A stretch of 64,000 bases of DNA from Sminthopsis crassicaudata (lineage: Eukaryota): assembly GCF_048593235.1 (NCBI RefSeq), contig NC_133619.1, forward strand, positions 651,040,558-651,104,557. The letters are read 5' to 3'. Of this stretch, positions 60,168-64,000 are shown piece after piece (position 1 is the stretch's first letter; each line of letters opens with the position of its first letter). The notes under the pieces were generated by a model. The model did not search any database and was not told the origin of the DNA. It was given only the letters and a program-made list of their open reading frames with translations. The position numbers and the translations under genes were made by a program.

Positions 60168-60695
60168 ACTACAAGTCCCATGAGATCTCGCGGCAAAAGT
60201 GCCCTAGGGGCTTCTGGGAGACCGAGGGCCTCCTGGCCAATCCACCGGGCAGTGGGGAGGGTTGTAAAGGTCTCCGGAAACCCAAGCCCCGAGTTCCCAT
60301 CGGAAGCCCAGGCGTGCCAAGCCAAAACCCTCTTAATAAACGTAGCCTCGTCCCCTCGGCGTTTTTCTCCTTCTCTCGGCTCCACCCTTGGAGCTCCGCT
60401 CGATCGGGGAAAGACGATAGGGCAAGGCAGGATATGGATTAGCCAATCAACTGTCAGCATTGCAGATGGGGCGGGGCCAGCAGGAAAAAGCCACGACTAT
60501 GCACCATTTTTCGGGGACGCTAGGTCCCTTCGACCAATCAGCGCCCGAGATGGGGAGGAGAGGCGCGTCCTCAAGGTGGGGCGAATCACAGGGCAGACAG
60601 TTTCTACCAATGGAAAGAGGGAAGCAGGCTAAGAGGACGAGCCGGAGGCGGGGCCAGGGCCAGTGACTCCGGAGGAAGTATAGACGCGCGGGACC
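60168..60695 (+). promoter_or_regulatory. LENG1 promoter region overlapping the TMC4 3' UTR
   Basis: ZNF143/THAP11-type ACTACAAGTCCCA at 60168-60180. CCAAT boxes near 60237, 60443, 60534 and 60606. GC boxes. Confidence 0.6.
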
Positions 60696-61961
60696 ATGAA
60701 TATCCTCCCGAAGAAGAGCTGGCATGTTCGGAATAAGGACAACGTAGCCCGGGTACGACAGGACGAAGCCCAGGCCCGGGACGAGCAGCGGGAGCGGGAA
60801 CGACGGGCGCTGCTGGCCCAACAGGAGGTACGGGCTGGCGGCGAGCGGGCGCCATCGAGGCGGGGTGGCCGCCATTGCGCACGCGCGGGGGATGGGGGCG
60901 GGGCGGGCGGAGCTTGCCGGGGCACCCCTGGCAGTGCCCTAAGACCGATGTCCCAAGCGCAGAGGGCCGGGCTCAGCCCCTCCTGTTCCGTGGGCCTGGC
61001 AGTGCCGGGGATGGGGGCCCCGGAGCCCCCGGCCCTGCTTCCCCGGGATGCCAGTGCGTCTCCGGGAGGGAGAGGCTGGCAGAGCCCCGGCCCCCTTCCC
61101 TTCTCTGTGACTTAATCCCCGCGTGCCCCCCGGCTAGGATGCTAACGAGCTCCTCCCCCAGGCCCGCACCGATCTCCTCCGGAAGCGAGCCCGAGCCAAC
61201 GTCCCCGGGCCAAGCTCGCCAGCGGCGCCCGCGCGCGCCAGGCCCGTGGACCTGTTTCGGGAGCTGGTGGAAGAAGGCAAGGGCAAGACCTGTGGCAACA
61301 AGGAATACGAGGAGGAAAAGAGGCAGAGCAAGGTGAGGGGGCGGGGCGGCTCTGCTTTGCTGCCCCCTGCGGGCTCGGCAGCGGCCCCTCACCCCTGTGT
61401 GCCCCCTTCTCCCAAAGGAACAACAGGAGAAGGCCCTGGGGATCCTGACCTACCTGGGCCAGAGCGCGGCCGAGGCGCAGACTCAGCCCCCGTGGTACCA
61501 GCTGCCCCCAGAGCCCAGGGGCAAGGACGGCCCTGTGCCCAACGAGAAAGCCAAGAGCCAGCTGGACCCTCTTCAGGAGCTGAAGAGGCAGTTGGGCAAG
61601 AAGAAGGGGGGCAGAGGTGCCGGCGAAGGGGGCGTCCACCGCAAGGAGCCGGAGAAGCTGCGCCTGCAGAGGTAAGGGGCTGGGCCCCCCCCACGGCACC
61701 GATGGGTAAGTGACGTGCAAACCAGGGCCGGGCTGCTCAGAGCCTCCCTCCCTTCCCTCTCCCCACAGCTCCGGGAGAAGCTCCTTGGAGCAGCTTCGGG
61801 CCGAGCGGCTGAAGAGAGAGGCGGCCGAGCGAGCCCGGGCCGAGGCCCTGATGGCCGCCATGCGTGGAGAGCAGCCGCAAGAGGAGGAGGAGGCCGACGA
61901 ACGCAAGAGGCGCTACAACTCGCAGTTCCACCCCCAGCTGGCCCGGCCCCCGCGGCGCTAG
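60696..61961 (+). CDS. LENG1: Leukocyte receptor cluster member 1, about 249 aa
   Basis: Exons 60696-60827, 61162-61332, 61418-61671 and 61769-61961 total 750 nt. [21 protein letters not shown]...[11 protein letters not shown]. Confidence 0.97.
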
Positions 61962-62145
61962 AACCCAGTGCAGGACTGCGGACGTCATATAAAACTATTT
62001 ATTCATAAATATCTTCAAAAATGAAAATAGGTTTACGAAAAACAAGTCCTTCCCCAGCTGGGGAGGGGCGGGGAAAGGAGAGTCCTTGGCCCCAAGTGCT
62101 GGGGGCAGGCAGGAAGGGGAGGGGGAGAGGGTCAGCGGGCAGGGG

Positions 62146-63942
<1,797 letters not shown>

Positions 63943-64000
63943 CTGCAGGTGGAAGGAGGCACCATGGGCCAGAGTGTAGGGGAGCAGGGCACTTGGGGAC

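Overview
Mammalian genomic DNA, most likely marsupial and probably dasyurid (inferred from the L1, SINE and LTR content; not proven). It covers the edge of the Leukocyte Receptor Complex. The right part (41.6-64 kb) is the conserved, GC-rich, compact block RPS9(-), TSEN34(-), MBOAT7(+), TMC4(+), LENG1(+), CNOT3 3' end(-), in the same order as human 19q13.4. Exon-by-exon reconstruction gives open frames for all of them. The left part (1-41.2 kb) occupies the position of human LILRB3/LILRA6 and holds three two-Ig-domain GP6/LILR-type receptor genes. Receptor A (1257-5791) and receptor B (24417-29686) are activating paralogues with a transmembrane Arg. Receptor C (37948-40839) is inhibitory with a LILRB-type multi-exon ITIM tail. 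The most notable signal is that this looks like a paired activating/inhibitory receptor system with patchwork gene conversion in the second Ig exon: B equals A over 108 nt, then equals C over 72 nt. The cluster is remodelled by retroelements: an LTR-bounded provirus with a tRNA-Glu-type PBS splits the promoter of B, a nearly intact full-length L1 is nested inside it, and there are several solo LTRs, a betaretroviral RT remnant and nested L1/SINE insertions with target-site duplications (TSDs). One assembly gap lies at 27505-27736. All calls and counts were made by eye, without database searches.
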